Notes: a model not told the origin generated them from the sequence alone. A DNA stretch of 64,000 bases from an uncultured Candidatus Saccharibacteria bacterium (GCA_964505155.1 CAZDGL010000002.1:26064-90063), one strand, 5' to 3'; shown: positions 40,406 to 50,908, counted from the stretch's first letter. Numbers and translations: made by a program.

Positions 40406-40648
40406 TTAGCACTTCGTCATTGAACACTCTTCAGCTCCAAATACAATCTCAAGAATTGTTTTATCTTCAATTATTTTTGCTGCTTTTTCTTTATGATCTC
40501 TTCTAAGGGCAGAGATAATATCGTCCTTTTGTGCAACAAACTTGCCCTTAACGTTCCTGGACCAAACCTTGAGATTTTTGAAAGCTTTTTTAAGAACAGT
40601 GTCTTTTTGTATTTCAGGAGGAAATGCTTTGATTTCTATAAGTATCAT
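40406..40648 (-). CDS. Hypothetical protein (80 aa)
   Basis: ORF sitting convergent between tig and clpP. Confidence 0.35.
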   Translation of the reverse strand: MILIEIKAFPPEIQKDTVLKKAFKNLKVWSRNVKGKFVAQKDDIISALRRDHKEKAAKIIEDKTILEIVFGAEECSMTKC

Positions 40649-40860
40649 ATTTAACTATTTTACTTAATATACAACTTATACGATTTTAGTCAACTCAGTA
40701 ATAGATCTTGTTTGCAAAACTCCCTACTGGGTCAAATCATTTTTGCTTTTCGGGCAAAATACCGTTATAGTAGATACATTCTGAACTACTGTTTTCTGCC
40801 TAGTCTGCACCCTGGTCCTTCTTTATAAATTTACAAACTTTATAACTTTAAACTAACTCT

Positions 40861-41451
40861 ATGTTAATCCCAACCGTACTCGAAAAAACACCGCAAGGTG
40901 AGCGTGCTTATGATATTTATTCTCGCCTTTTAAAAGATAGAATTATTTTCTTAAATGATGAGATCAACGACCACAATGCCAACCTTGTCATTGCTCAGCT
41001 TCTATTTTTAGCCAACGAAGATCCAAAAAAAGATATTTACCTTTATATCAATTCCCCTGGTGGCTCAGTCACCTCTACTATGGCAATGTATGACACTATC
41101 CAGTTCATCAAGCCTGATGTCGTTACTGTTTGTGTTGGTCTCGCTGCTTCTGGTGGAGCCATGCTACTACTATCTGGCTCAAAGGGCAAAAGATATGCAT
41201 TACCAAACTCTCGTATCATGATTCACCAACCACTAGGAGGTGCTCAAGGGCAAGTGAGTGATTTGGAAATAATTACCAAAGAATATCTAAGAACAAAAGA
41301 AAATCTCAATAAACTTATTGCCAAGCATACAGGTCAAAAGCTAGAAAAAATAGTAATAGATACAGACAGAGACTTCTTTATGTCTGCTGACGAAGCCAAA
41401 AAGTACGGCATTATTGACGCTGTTATTACCAAAAACCCTGGGGTAAATTAA
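40861..41451 (+). CDS. clpP: ATP-dependent Clp protease proteolytic subunit
   Basis: YINSPGGSV...GLAASGGAM...IMIHQPLGG, carrying the catalytic Ser and His. Confidence 0.92.
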   Translation: MLIPTVLEKTPQGERAYDIYSRLLKDRIIFLNDEINDHNANLVIAQLLFLANEDPKKDIYLYINSPGGSVTSTMAMYDTIQFIKPDVVTVCVGLAASGGAMLLLSGSKGKRYALPNSRIMIHQPLGGAQGQVSDLEIITKEYLRTKENLNKLIAKHTGQKLEKIVIDTDRDFFMSADEAKKYGIIDAVITKNPGVN

Positions 41452-41458
41452 TCGTGGT

Positions 41459-42946
41459 ATGAATCCTTTTTTATTGGCTATAGGAATGCTCTTGGCAGGA
41501 GGCATTATCGGCTATAGCATTCGTGCTGTTATATTTATACTTCGCAAAAATTCCCTAGAGCTCACAATCGGTGAGCGTTTGATGCATGCCAAAGAGCAAG
41601 CCCAAAAGATATTGGATGAAGCTCGCGAAATAGAAAAACAAAAAGAACATGAGTTAAAAAGCTTTGAAGATAGACTAATCAAAAAAGAGTCTCTCTTGGA
41701 CCAAAGACAATTAGAACTAGATGGCAAATCAAAATCTATAGAAGAAAAAGAAAGCAAAACAAATGCTCTCAAAAACCAAGCTGAAATCTTGGTAAAAGAA
41801 AGACTATCAATCTTAGAAAGTATTTCTGGATTTTCTTTGGAAGATGCTAGAGATGCCCTCATCATCGAAGCTGAGAGAAAATACGCCGAAGACTTGTCAG
41901 TGCGAATGAACAAACTAGAAAATCAAATGGATGAGAGTTTGCAAAATCGTGCCAAAGAGATCTTGATGACCGCCATCCAGAGACTCTCTGTCCCAACAAC
42001 CAACGCACTCACTACTACCAGTGTCGCTATCCCAAACGAAGAAACCAAAGGCAAAGTGATAGGTAAAGAAGGTCGCAACATCAGAGTATTTGAAAAGGCT
42101 TCTGGAGTAGAGCTCTTGATGGATGAGGCTCCTGGCTACATCGTGCTTTCTTGTTTTGATCCTGTCAGGCGTGCTATCGCCTCCTTGGCGCTCGAAGCCC
42201 TTATCAAAGACGGACGCATCCAACCAGCAAAGATTGAAGAAGAACTCGAAACTGCCAAAAACAGTATTCACGAAGTTATCAAACAAAAAGGCTCTGATGC
42301 TGTCTTTGAGTGTGGCATCTTCAATCTCGACCCTAGAGTCGTGGCAATACTTGGCAGACTACACTATCGCACTAGTTATGGACAAAATGTTTTACAGCAT
42401 TCCATAGAAATGGCACACGTCGCTGGCATGCTCGCTACAGAACTTGGCGCTGACGCTTATATAGCCAAAGCTGGCGCACTTGTTCACGATATTGGCAAAG
42501 CGCTGGATCATGAGTTTGAAGGCACTCATGTCGAGATAGGAGTCAAAATGCTTAGACGCTTTGGCACTGATGAGAGGATAATCTCTGCTATGAAAAGTCA
42601 TCATGATGATTGTCCACATGAGAGTTTGGAAGCCGTCATAGTGCAAACTGCTGACATGATCAGTGGTTCACGCCCTGGTGCTCGTCGAGATACTACCGAG
42701 ATGTACCTTAAACGTCTCACTGAACTTGAAAACTTAGCGGGCAGTTTCGATGGTGTAGAGAAAGCCTTCGTCCTCCAAGCTGGACGCGAAGTACGCATCT
42801 TTGTCTCCCCTTCTGACATCTCTGATTTAGAGTCCAAAACCTTAGCGCGCAACATCGCCCTTTCTATCGAGCGAGACTTACGTTACCCCGGCCAAATCCG
42901 TGTAACAGTTATCCGAGAAACAAGAGTTATAGACTACGCCCGGTAA
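41459..42946 (+). CDS. rny: Ribonuclease Y
   Basis: N-terminal TM, coiled coil, KH domain (GKVIGKEGRNIRVFE) and HD domain (HDIGK). Confidence 0.88.
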   Translation: MNPFLLAIGMLLAGGIIGYSIRAVIFILRKNSLELTIGERLMHAKEQAQKILDEAREIEKQKEHELKSFEDRLIKKESLLDQRQLELDGKSKSIEEKESKTNALKNQAEILVKERLSILESISGFSLEDARDALIIEAERKYAEDLSVRMNKLENQMDESLQNRAKEILMTAIQRLSVPTTNALTTTSVAIPNEETKGKVIGKEGRNIRVFEKASGVELLMDEAPGYIVLSCFDPVRRAIASLALEALIKDGRIQPAKIEEELETAKNSIHEVIKQKGSDAVFECGIFNLDPRVVAILGRLHYRTSYGQNVLQHSIEMAHVAGMLATELGADAYIAKAGALVHDIGKALDHEFEGTHVEIGVKMLRRFGTDERIISAMKSHHDDCPHESLEAVIVQTADMISGSRPGARRDTTEMYLKRLTELENLAGSFDGVEKAFVLQAGREVRIFVSPSDISDLESKTLARNIALSIERDLRYPGQIRVTVIRETRVIDYAR

Positions 42947-42952
42947 TATAAC

Positions 42953-43513
42953 CTATTCAACAAATGGTTTTGCTTTTTCGTATTTAATAAAATAATACTT
43001 AGTACTATGATGGCTCCTATCATCATCCCCTCCGCCTCTGTGCTCACTGAGACGAATGTACTTTTGGCCATTTTTTTTGTTTATAACAACATCTACACTG
43101 TTGCCACTTCGAGTGATAAGGACATCCCCTGTTTTTGAAAAACTATCATTTGATCTAAAAATTCTACTACCAAAAGAGTCTTGTAGCTTGAGAAGCTTTC
43201 GTTTTTCTTCGTACATAGTATCTGTTGATGGCTGTTTACCGTTCTCTTCCCATAGTTTTTTCTCCCATGTATACCTAACAGGAGTTTCTTTTTTTTCTGT
43301 TGAATCAAAAACTTTCTGAGTAATAATTTCATCTTTAAGATGGTTAATGGTAGGCTGTTCTGCCGATTCTCTTTCCTCTTTCATTTTTTTGTAGAGCATT
43401 TCTTGAGCTTGTGCTTCTCTTTCAAAAAAACTTTTATTATGGGCATCATTCCAAGAAAGTTTCTCTTCCCCGCCTAATTCCTCATTGTTATCAGTAACCA
43501 TTTTTTCTGTCAT
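42953..43513 (-). CDS. Hypothetical acidic protein (186 aa)
   Basis: ORF; no family recognised. Confidence 0.4.
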   Translation of the reverse strand: MTEKMVTDNNEELGGEEKLSWNDAHNKSFFEREAQAQEMLYKKMKEERESAEQPTINHLKDEIITQKVFDSTEKKETPVRYTWEKKLWEENGKQPSTDTMYEEKRKLLKLQDSFGSRIFRSNDSFSKTGDVLITRSGNSVDVVINKKNGQKYIRLSEHRGGGDDDRSHHSTKYYFIKYEKAKPFVE

Positions 43514-43631
43514 ATGTCATAAGTATAACCTTTTTAAGGAAAAGTTAAAATTATGCCTTAAACAGAGCCTCTATGCCAAGCATGTCCAGTTATTAAAATA
43601 AAAAATCCCCGCTAATTGCGGGGATTTTTTA

Positions 43632-43841
43632 TTATTTGTTGTGTAGATCTTCTCTTTTTTCTGCCATTCTTTTAGCAATCTCTGCTTCACTACCAAAGAA
43701 AACCTCTCCGTCACCAAGATCTTTTGAGTATCTTGGATTTCCTTTAGCGTCATACATTTCTTTGTTGCCACCTGAACCACGTTCTGGGGCATCAGCCATC
43801 TCTTCTAAAGCATTTTTTTCCATTTCGTTTTCTATTGACAT
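43632..43841 (-). CDS. Small acidic hypothetical protein (69 aa)
   Basis: ORF followed by a terminator at 43600-43630. Confidence 0.35.
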   Translation of the reverse strand: MSIENEMEKNALEEMADAPERGSGGNKEMYDAKGNPRYSKDLGDGEVFFGSEAEIAKRMAEKREDLHNK

Positions 43842-43893
43842 AATTTGACAAAATATTATTTATATGATACAATTGTATTAAATTGCAACAAAA

Positions 43894-44391
43894 ATGTCAA
43901 GCATTATCCCTATTTATGGGGAAATCAACAAACAAACAGTTGCTGAAGTAAAGAGTTTTTTAAAAAAAGTATTAGCAAATCCTACAGATAAAAATATTAT
44001 TTTTGAATTTAATTCTGAAGGTGGCGATCTAGAGAGCATAAGAAGAATCAAGACTTTTATGTACGCTATGAATAAATGGGGGTTTAAAATAATCGGTAGG
44101 ATTATTTACGCCGAATCAGCCGCTTTGCTTTTATTCCTTAATTGTGAAGAAAGGCAGGTTACAAAAGAAAGTATAGGTGTAATTCATATACCGGTACTCA
44201 ACCGCCAATATAGCCTCAAAAAACTTGAAGAAGAAAGGGGTGATCAAGCGTCTTTCATCATGAGAAGATGTAAAATGAAAATAATGTGGAAACAGATTTT
44301 TGAACTTGAGGGCAAGAAGCTTAGTTGCCAAGAACTCATTGATCTCGGATTTGCTAATAAGTTGGTACAAACTTTTACTTTAGTAGCATGA
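43894..44391 (+). CDS. ClpP-like (S14/ClpP-crotonase fold) peptidase paralog, 165 aa
   Basis: FNSEGGDL...MYAM..., IYAESAALLL and VIHIP align with the ClpP blocks INSPGG / GxAAS / MIHQP. Its stop overlaps the start of the downstream ATPase (ATGA). Confidence 0.6.
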   Translation: MSSIIPIYGEINKQTVAEVKSFLKKVLANPTDKNIIFEFNSEGGDLESIRRIKTFMYAMNKWGFKIIGRIIYAESAALLLFLNCEERQVTKESIGVIHIPVLNRQYSLKKLEEERGDQASFIMRRCKMKIMWKQIFELEGKKLSCQELIDLGFANKLVQTFTLVA

Positions 44392-47165
44392 GGTTGGACA
44401 TTTTGTTCAACCTTTTTTATTTTTCAAGTTATACTATAACCATGTTCACCCCCAAAGAAACATTTGTCTCTCAAGAAGCTGAGATTGGTCACATCGCTAG
44501 CGAATCACAGCGCTCTTATATATTGCAAGAAGGCGGTATCAGGACCAGAGAACAAGCTACTCACAAAACTATCGAGGAGTACGCCCAAGTAGAAGCCAAA
44601 GACTTTTTACATGAAACTCGCGCCCTTCCCGCTCACGAAGCAGAGCGCATCGTCCTCAAACTAAAACCAGAAACACATGACCAAAAGATAGAAGAGCTCT
44701 TTGGGCTAATGCTAGAGAAAGGTATCAAAAACGCTTTGGATATCGCCCACAAACTAGCTGACCCACACCTCGAAGATGACTTCCATAGATTTTTGGTTCA
44801 ATATTTACACACTATCGGCGCTATCCCAGGACTAAAAGAAAAGGATGACACTTATAAACATTTAAATCACACCCTCTTTTCTATCGCCCTGCCACCAGAG
44901 AGCGAGGAGTCTGACTTCAAAAAGAAAGTCGGGGCTATGGGGCAGTTTTATACTAGCTTGATTAGTCTTGTGGGTATCGAAAACACCATCTCTATCGAAC
45001 TAGCTGTTGAGCAACAAACCAAAAACATCACTATCTATACAGCAATCCCTCGTGACAATATCGATGGCTTTGAAAAGTTGGTTCATTCTTTTTTCCCTGG
45101 GTCAGCTGTTGAGGAAGTAGTTGATGACTTCAATATTTTTGGAGATAAGACTAGTGCTATATCTGTAAGCTTAGCGAAGCTCAAAGAAGATCCTTACAAA
45201 CCACTCAAAACCTACAACGATTTTGACAACGATCCTTTTTCAGCTACCCTTGGAGCTTTGTCACAAATAGCTGAGACCGGCGAAGGTTGCGCGTTACAAA
45301 TCATCCTCTCAGAGAGTCTTCATCGTATCGCCGAGCGCAACAACCACATCCTAGCCGAAGCCCAAAACGGATCTGGCAAAGTCAAAGACTTGTACAAAAA
45401 TGCTGTCGAAGACTTAGGAAAAGGCTTGGCCAAAGAAGTCTTTAGTCTTTTCAAAAAATCAAAAGAAGAAAAGGAAGGTCAAGAGAAAAATATAGACACT
45501 GAAGGCGTCGAGCTTCTCAAAAAGAAAAACGATTCTCGGATAGTTGAAGCTTCTATTCGTATCATCGCTTCTTCTAAAGACCTCACTCGTGCCAACCAAA
45601 TGCGCTCTAGTGTAGAGGCAAGCTTTAGTCAGTATAGCCTTGTTGGAGGCAACGCTTTGGAGTGGCAAGAAGTCAAAGGCACCAAAATTTTGGAAGAGTG
45701 CAGGTCGTTTTCTTTCCGAACACACTCTGACAACAAAATGGAACTCTCTTTAAACGAAGTCTCTTCTCTTGTTCACTTCCCTACAAATGCCAAGGGCCCT
45801 AGCGAACTACAAAACAATGACAGCGCAAGTGCTCCAGCCCCTCTTAACGCTTCCAAAAATGTTGAGGGTGTCTATCTAGGGACCAATACTTTCCGAGGTA
45901 GAACCAGCGATGTTTTCTTGGCCAAAGAAGACCGAGTGCGTCACTGCTATGTCGTCGGACAAACAGGTACTGGTAAAACCACTATCTTAAAAAACATGGC
46001 TATCCAAGATATCCAAGCTGGCAACGGTATCTGTTTTATCGATCCACACGGCAATGACATAGAAGACATCCTCGCCAACATTCCAGCCGAGAGACTCGAT
46101 GACGTTATCTACTTTGATCCAGCTTATACTGCTCGACCAATGGGGCTCAACATGCTCGAATACGACATAAACTATCCAGAGCAAAAAATATTTGTTATCA
46201 ATGAACTCCTCGGTATCTTCAACAAACTCTTTGATATGAAAACAGCTGGAGGTCCGGCCTTTGAACAATACTTCCGCAACTCTGCTGGGCTGGTCATGGA
46301 AGATCCAGAAAGTGGCTCTACACTACTTGAGATCAGTCGTGTCATGAGTGACAAAGCCTTTCGAGCTCTCAAACTTTCAAGATGTAAGAACCCAATCATC
46401 AAACAATTCTGGGAAAATGCCGAAAAGACTACCGGCGAAGCATCTCTTGCCAACTTTGTGCCCTACATCACCAACAAGTTTGACCCCTTTGTTTCCAACG
46501 ACATCATGCGCCCAGTGATAGCTCAGCAACACAGTGTACTTAACTTCCGCGAAATCATGGATGGCAGAAAAATCCTTCTAGTAAATCTATCGAAGGGTCG
46601 CCTCGGGGACATCAACTCTCACCTTATCGGACTTTTGTTAGTAGGCAAGATAACTATGGCAGCACTTTCTCGTGTAGACATTGTCGGCAAAGAAAAGATA
46701 AATGACTTCTATCTTTATATCGATGAATTCCAAAACGTCACTACTGATTCTATTGCTACTATCCTCTCTGAGGCTCGAAAATATCGCCTAGCACTCACTG
46801 TCGCCCATCAATACATCGAACAGCTTGAAGAAAAAATCAAAAACGCAGTCTTTGGCAACGTCGGCAACATGATCATCTATCGCGTCAGTCCAGAAAATGC
46901 TTCTGTCTTTGAAAAACAACTTGCGCCGACATTTACGCCAGATGACGTCCTTAAACTTCAAAACTTCAATGCCTATGCCAAGATACTTGTTGGCGGTGTA
47001 CCTGAAAAACCATTCAATCTACGCATCCCTCCTCCACCAAAGGGCAACTTAGCTATTTCCGAGAAGATCAAAGAGCTTTCATACCTCAAATACGGCCGTC
47101 CGAGAGAAGAAGTAGAAGCTGAAATCCTCTCTAGATATAAACCAAAAGAAGAGCTAACTAGTTAA
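44388..47165 (+). CDS. FtsK/HerA/VirB4-superfamily P-loop ATPase (925 aa) with an N-terminal domain of unknown function
   Basis: Walker A VVGQTGTGKTT (about 45950). Walker B LYIDEFQNV followed by ARKYRLALTVAHQ (about 46715-46800), a pattern resembling HerA/VirB4/TraD. The N-terminal 450 aa are unassigned. Confidence 0.65.
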   Translation: MRLDILFNLFYFSSYTITMFTPKETFVSQEAEIGHIASESQRSYILQEGGIRTREQATHKTIEEYAQVEAKDFLHETRALPAHEAERIVLKLKPETHDQKIEELFGLMLEKGIKNALDIAHKLADPHLEDDFHRFLVQYLHTIGAIPGLKEKDDTYKHLNHTLFSIALPPESEESDFKKKVGAMGQFYTSLISLVGIENTISIELAVEQQTKNITIYTAIPRDNIDGFEKLVHSFFPGSAVEEVVDDFNIFGDKTSAISVSLAKLKEDPYKPLKTYNDFDNDPFSATLGALSQIAETGEGCALQIILSESLHRIAERNNHILAEAQNGSGKVKDLYKNAVEDLGKGLAKEVFSLFKKSKEEKEGQEKNIDTEGVELLKKKNDSRIVEASIRIIASSKDLTRANQMRSSVEASFSQYSLVGGNALEWQEVKGTKILEECRSFSFRTHSDNKMELSLNEVSSLVHFPTNAKGPSELQNNDSASAPAPLNASKNVEGVYLGTNTFRGRTSDVFLAKEDRVRHCYVVGQTGTGKTTILKNMAIQDIQAGNGICFIDPHGNDIEDILANIPAERLDDVIYFDPAYTARPMGLNMLEYDINYPEQKIFVINELLGIFNKLFDMKTAGGPAFEQYFRNSAGLVMEDPESGSTLLEISRVMSDKAFRALKLSRCKNPIIKQFWENAEKTTGEASLANFVPYITNKFDPFVSNDIMRPVIAQQHSVLNFREIMDGRKILLVNLSKGRLGDINSHLIGLLLVGKITMAALSRVDIVGKEKINDFYLYIDEFQNVTTDSIATILSEARKYRLALTVAHQYIEQLEEKIKNAVFGNVGNMIIYRVSPENASVFEKQLAPTFTPDDVLKLQNFNAYAKILVGGVPEKPFNLRIPPPPKGNLAISEKIKELSYLKYGRPREEVEAEILSRYKPKEELTS

Positions 47166-47182
47166 ATCAAAAGATTTTATGT

Positions 47183-48148
47183 GTGGTATTATATGGCTAT
47201 ATGACAGAAAAAATACCACCAGCAAATGAGATCTTACAAGAAAATTTAAATCCAGATCAAGAAAAAGGAAAGGATGTTAAGGTAGACCCTGTAGCCATGG
47301 AAGATTTAGAAAAATTAAACTCAGAAATTGAGTTTCGTGGCACAGAAACGGCAGAAATAATAAGAGATGCTCAGGCTAAAAAAGAGCTTGGTACTGAGTC
47401 TTGGAATAGTGAACCAGTGACTGTTTACAGCGCCTCACCAAAACAATCTCCTTCTAATAAATTTCGTAACGGTATTATGGGTCTTAAAATAGCTCTTGCA
47501 GGACTTCTAGGCCTTGGGGCAACAAAAGAATCCAAAGCCAGCACCCCAGAAGATAGTCTTGGTAAAAAGCCTTTGATAGAAAAAGTAAATACTGGTGGTA
47601 TTGAAATAAAAGAAGGCCTAAAAATCAGAGAGATCACTCCTTCAGAAAGAAATGATTGGAATAATTTTATAGATTTTGTTGAATCAAAAGGTCTTAAAGG
47701 TTCTGAAAAGTTAGACAAAGGTAGCGATGCTTTAGCTCGAAGTTTATTTACTGAATACAAAAAACTCCACCCAAATACAACTATAAACTACGAATCAGTT
47801 CCATCTTTCCAGTATGAAATGCAAAAACTAAAACAACAAGCTCAAGGTTTTGCCAAGAGAAGAAATGACCCTAATGCAGATAAAATAATGAGTTTTGTTT
47901 CTAAGGTTGATGGCTGGTTTGGCAAACAAACTTCTCAATCAAAATTTCCTTTTATGGTCGAAAATACTTACCACAATGACGCACTTATTTCTTCTGAAAA
48001 CCTCGGACTTATAGGTGCAGATATGACTCCTGAAAAAAGAGAGCAGATTATGAAAAAAGTTCCTGCAGGAAAACAACTAGAAGAATTAGCTGACGGCTTT
48101 TATTATCAAAACGATGATGGAGATTTTATAAAAGTCTCTAATAAATAA
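47183..48148 (+). CDS. Hypothetical protein with a central TM segment (321 aa)
   Basis: GIMGLKIALAGLLGLGA hydrophobic helix; last gene before the terminator at 48155-48185. Confidence 0.45.
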   Translation: MVLYGYMTEKIPPANEILQENLNPDQEKGKDVKVDPVAMEDLEKLNSEIEFRGTETAEIIRDAQAKKELGTESWNSEPVTVYSASPKQSPSNKFRNGIMGLKIALAGLLGLGATKESKASTPEDSLGKKPLIEKVNTGGIEIKEGLKIREITPSERNDWNNFIDFVESKGLKGSEKLDKGSDALARSLFTEYKKLHPNTTINYESVPSFQYEMQKLKQQAQGFAKRRNDPNADKIMSFVSKVDGWFGKQTSQSKFPFMVENTYHNDALISSENLGLIGADMTPEKREQIMKKVPAGKQLEELADGFYYQNDDGDFIKVSNK

Positions 48149-48507
48149 AAATAAACCGCCTCTCATAACTGAGGCGGTTTTTCATAGAACATTTTTCTTT
48201 TTTATAACAGCAACGTTTTGATTATTTGTTTTTTGATTCTTTCAAGAAGGATCGGTGGATCAAGATAGCTACAACCGAAACTACAACAAGGAAAGAATTA
48301 AAACAAATAATGATCAGATTTAACGTTGCTTGGTTCATAAAGTATTGGTTATTTGCTTATAGTATAGCATATATGAATCTATATGTCAATTTTGCATCAA
48401 AAAACCCTTGATATATAATGGTGTTAGCGTAAAGCTAGCCAAATAGCTTACACGCTCTGACGAGAATTATCAGACGCAATCCCTAAAAAGGATAAAAAAG
48501 AACAACT

Positions 48508-48780
48508 ATGAACAAATCAGCACTTGTTGAACTAGTACACGGTATCGTTGGTGGTACAAAAGTACAAGCAGAAGAAGTAGTAGAAAGTATCATCAGTGGT
48601 ATCACTAAAACCCTCAAAAAGGGCGAGGAGGTATCTATCGCTGGTCTTGGAATCTTCTCTGTAAAGACTCGCGCAGCTCGTACTGCTCGCAACCCAAAAA
48701 CTGGGGAACCAGTAAAGGTAGCAGCAGCTCGCGTGCCTCGTTTCCGAGCAGCTAAGGCTCTAAAGGACGCAGTTAAATAA
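48508..48780 (+). CDS. hup: DNA-binding protein HU
   Basis: 90 aa; ...GLGIFSVKTRAARTARNPKTGEPVKVAAARVPRF.AAKALKDAV. Confidence 0.9.
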   Translation: MNKSALVELVHGIVGGTKVQAEEVVESIISGITKTLKKGEEVSIAGLGIFSVKTRAARTARNPKTGEPVKVAAARVPRFRAAKALKDAVK

Positions 48781-48914
48781 GCATTTTCCCGAGCTCGGGT
48801 ATATGCAAATCAAAAGTCCCCTTTTAGGGGGCTTTTGATTTTTGCTTGCAAAATATAGATAATTTGATATAGTTTTACCTAAACCCATTTTGTTTACATT
48901 AAAAAACTTAGCCA

Positions 48915-49277
48915 ATGCCAAAAGTACTTGTGATTTGCCCCAATGAAATTAAAAAATCTTTTTTAAAAATGCTTAAAAAATGCGGTGTTTTTAAAGAAGA
49001 TAACGAAATCCAGGCAATAAACCCTCATGTTCCACCCGATAAAGTGGCCGAAAAAAGATTTTTATTCGGCGCAACAAGAGTAATTTATGTGGGTGTTGAA
49101 GCTCGCAGGCTTGGTGACTACCAGGCATATATGGCCTCAAGAAGAAGGCCTGATGAAAAAATTATTCAATGTGCTGTTGAATGCAAAGAACCTGGCAGAA
49201 AACCACCAGATGCAAAAGAAGTCATATTATTTAATTCTGCAGAAAAAATGACAGAATATCTGAGAGTGGCAATCTAA
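48915..49277 (+). CDS. Hypothetical protein (120 aa)
   Basis: ORF with a terminator at 49293-49315. Confidence 0.4.
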   Translation: MPKVLVICPNEIKKSFLKMLKKCGVFKEDNEIQAINPHVPPDKVAEKRFLFGATRVIYVGVEARRLGDYQAYMASRRRPDEKIIQCAVECKEPGRKPPDAKEVILFNSAEKMTEYLRVAI

Positions 49278-49347
49278 AACAAAATTAAAACCCCGCTTAA
49301 AGCGGGGTTTATTTTTTCATAAGGAACAAAAAAATACAACTGCGACA

Positions 49348-50412
49348 TTACTTCTGACCCAGATCTTTTAGTTTACCAACATGGCTTTTTAAAGCTGCTA
49401 AGAAGCTTGGAAAAATAACAATCTTGAAACTATACTTTTCACAAACAGATTTTATTATCTTATGTATCACAGGATAGTGAACATGAGATATCTTTCTAAA
49501 AACATGGTGCTCAATTTGAAAATTAAGCCCCCCTACCCAACAAGTAATAAACCTGTTGTTCGGAGCAAAATTTGCTGTGTGAAGTAATTGGTGTTCTGTT
49601 ATATCCTCACCTTTTGTCTCTTCTATAAATGAATTTTTTACTCCGCGCACAATATGCGCAGGTTGAAACACGACAGAAAGAAGAAAACCTAAAGGCATAG
49701 CAAAAAGTAGGAAGCCTACTAACCATTGCTGAAAACCTAGCTGGTAAATTGGAATCCAAAAAAACATTACCCCAAAGAAAACCTTTCCACCCCAGAAAAG
49801 TATGTGGTCAGAGAATTTAAACCGCAACCGCTCACCCATCACCTTGCCACTAAAGTATTTGAAAAAATCTTTAATCGGCCAAATAATGTAGAGCAAACTA
49901 TAGGCAAGTGGCCAGTACCAGTGCTGATATTTATGAATACGGTACCACTTTTGACCTTCATGAAGTCTCAGAAGCGGGCGAGCTTCAATATCCTCATCTA
50001 CACCCAATACATTGACACCATCATGATGCACTCTGTCGTGTTTTGTATCCCAAATACTACAACTAACACCTAGGCACTCTGATGTTGCCTTTGCCACATT
50101 GTTAAGCCAGGCATGTTCTGAAAACGCGCCATGATTACCATCGTGCATAATGCAAAATCCTATGCCTGCTGCGAAAAAAGCATCGATGGGACATAAGAAA
50201 ATCTTAATTAAGACTGGTAGGTCAGAATAAATTATTAGATACCAAATAAACCAGAAACCGAAGAAAAAGAAAAATGCCTTTAAGAAGAGTTTCCAATTTC
50301 CTTTTTTTGACAAATTGTTGTCTTTGAAATAATTATTTACCCTGGCTATTATTTCTTGGGCCATGGCACTTTTGTTTTTTAACCCTAGTTCTTTGATAGA
50401 ATAAGTTTGCAT
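49348..50412 (-). CDS. Membrane fatty-acid desaturase (front-end/Des-like, three His boxes)
   Basis: His boxes HDGNH, HDRVHH and QIEHH; four or more transmembrane helices. Confidence 0.8.
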   Translation of the reverse strand: MQTYSIKELGLKNKSAMAQEIIARVNNYFKDNNLSKKGNWKLFLKAFFFFFGFWFIWYLIIYSDLPVLIKIFLCPIDAFFAAGIGFCIMHDGNHGAFSEHAWLNNVAKATSECLGVSCSIWDTKHDRVHHDGVNVLGVDEDIEARPLLRLHEGQKWYRIHKYQHWYWPLAYSLLYIIWPIKDFFKYFSGKVMGERLRFKFSDHILFWGGKVFFGVMFFWIPIYQLGFQQWLVGFLLFAMPLGFLLSVVFQPAHIVRGVKNSFIEETKGEDITEHQLLHTANFAPNNRFITCWVGGLNFQIEHHVFRKISHVHYPVIHKIIKSVCEKYSFKIVIFPSFLAALKSHVGKLKDLGQK

Positions 50413-50528
50413 GGCTAAAGTTTTAAGCTGTTTTTAAATAACGATGTTTGTTATAAGTTTAACAATTTGATACCAAAAAGCTATTTGACATAGGTTTTTA
50501 AAGTAGTTAGTATAAAGAAAAATGCACC

Positions 50529-50864
50529 ATGATAGATAACACGCTTACACAAAAGGTTCTGATTCTCACCTTCAATCAAGACAGTTTTCCTTTGGCGACA
50601 GGCATACCTCCAGAAGAGGTAAAATTAACTGACCCAAAAAACATCTCAAAAATAAAAGAGATTGTTGATAAACAAAATCCAAAACTAGTCATTATTGATG
50701 GCTGTATCGAAGTCGAAAGTATTGTAAGATCTGTAGTTGCTGTATCAGCAGTACGCAACAGGAAAAGGCTGGACTTAAACATCTATATAGTCAACCAAGA
50801 CAAGCTTTTGATAAGAGGAGCTCGTTGGATACAAAATCCAGAAGACGTAAAACAATACGCCTAA
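50529..50864 (+). CDS. Hypothetical protein (111 aa)
   Basis: ORF; no family recognised. Confidence 0.4.
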   Translation: MIDNTLTQKVLILTFNQDSFPLATGIPPEEVKLTDPKNISKIKEIVDKQNPKLVIIDGCIEVESIVRSVVAVSAVRNRKRLDLNIYIVNQDKLLIRGARWIQNPEDVKQYA

Positions 50865-50886
50865 AATAAAGCCCGAAAGGGCTTTA

Positions 50887-50908
50887 TTGTTTTGGTAGTG
50901 TGCGGGAT
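50887..50908 (-). repeat. Copy of the tRNA-Gly(TCC) 3' end (att-like 20-21 nt repeat)
   Basis: gtgtgcgggataagggagtc is identical to the 3' end of the tRNA at 51779-51800. Confidence 0.6.

Noticed and set aside
43894-48148. Intact prophage (prohead protease plus terminase)
   Set aside because: No portal, capsid or tail genes nearby. The ATPase motifs look HerA/VirB4-like rather than terminase-like. It is kept as a finding with the prophage-remnant reading as one alternative.
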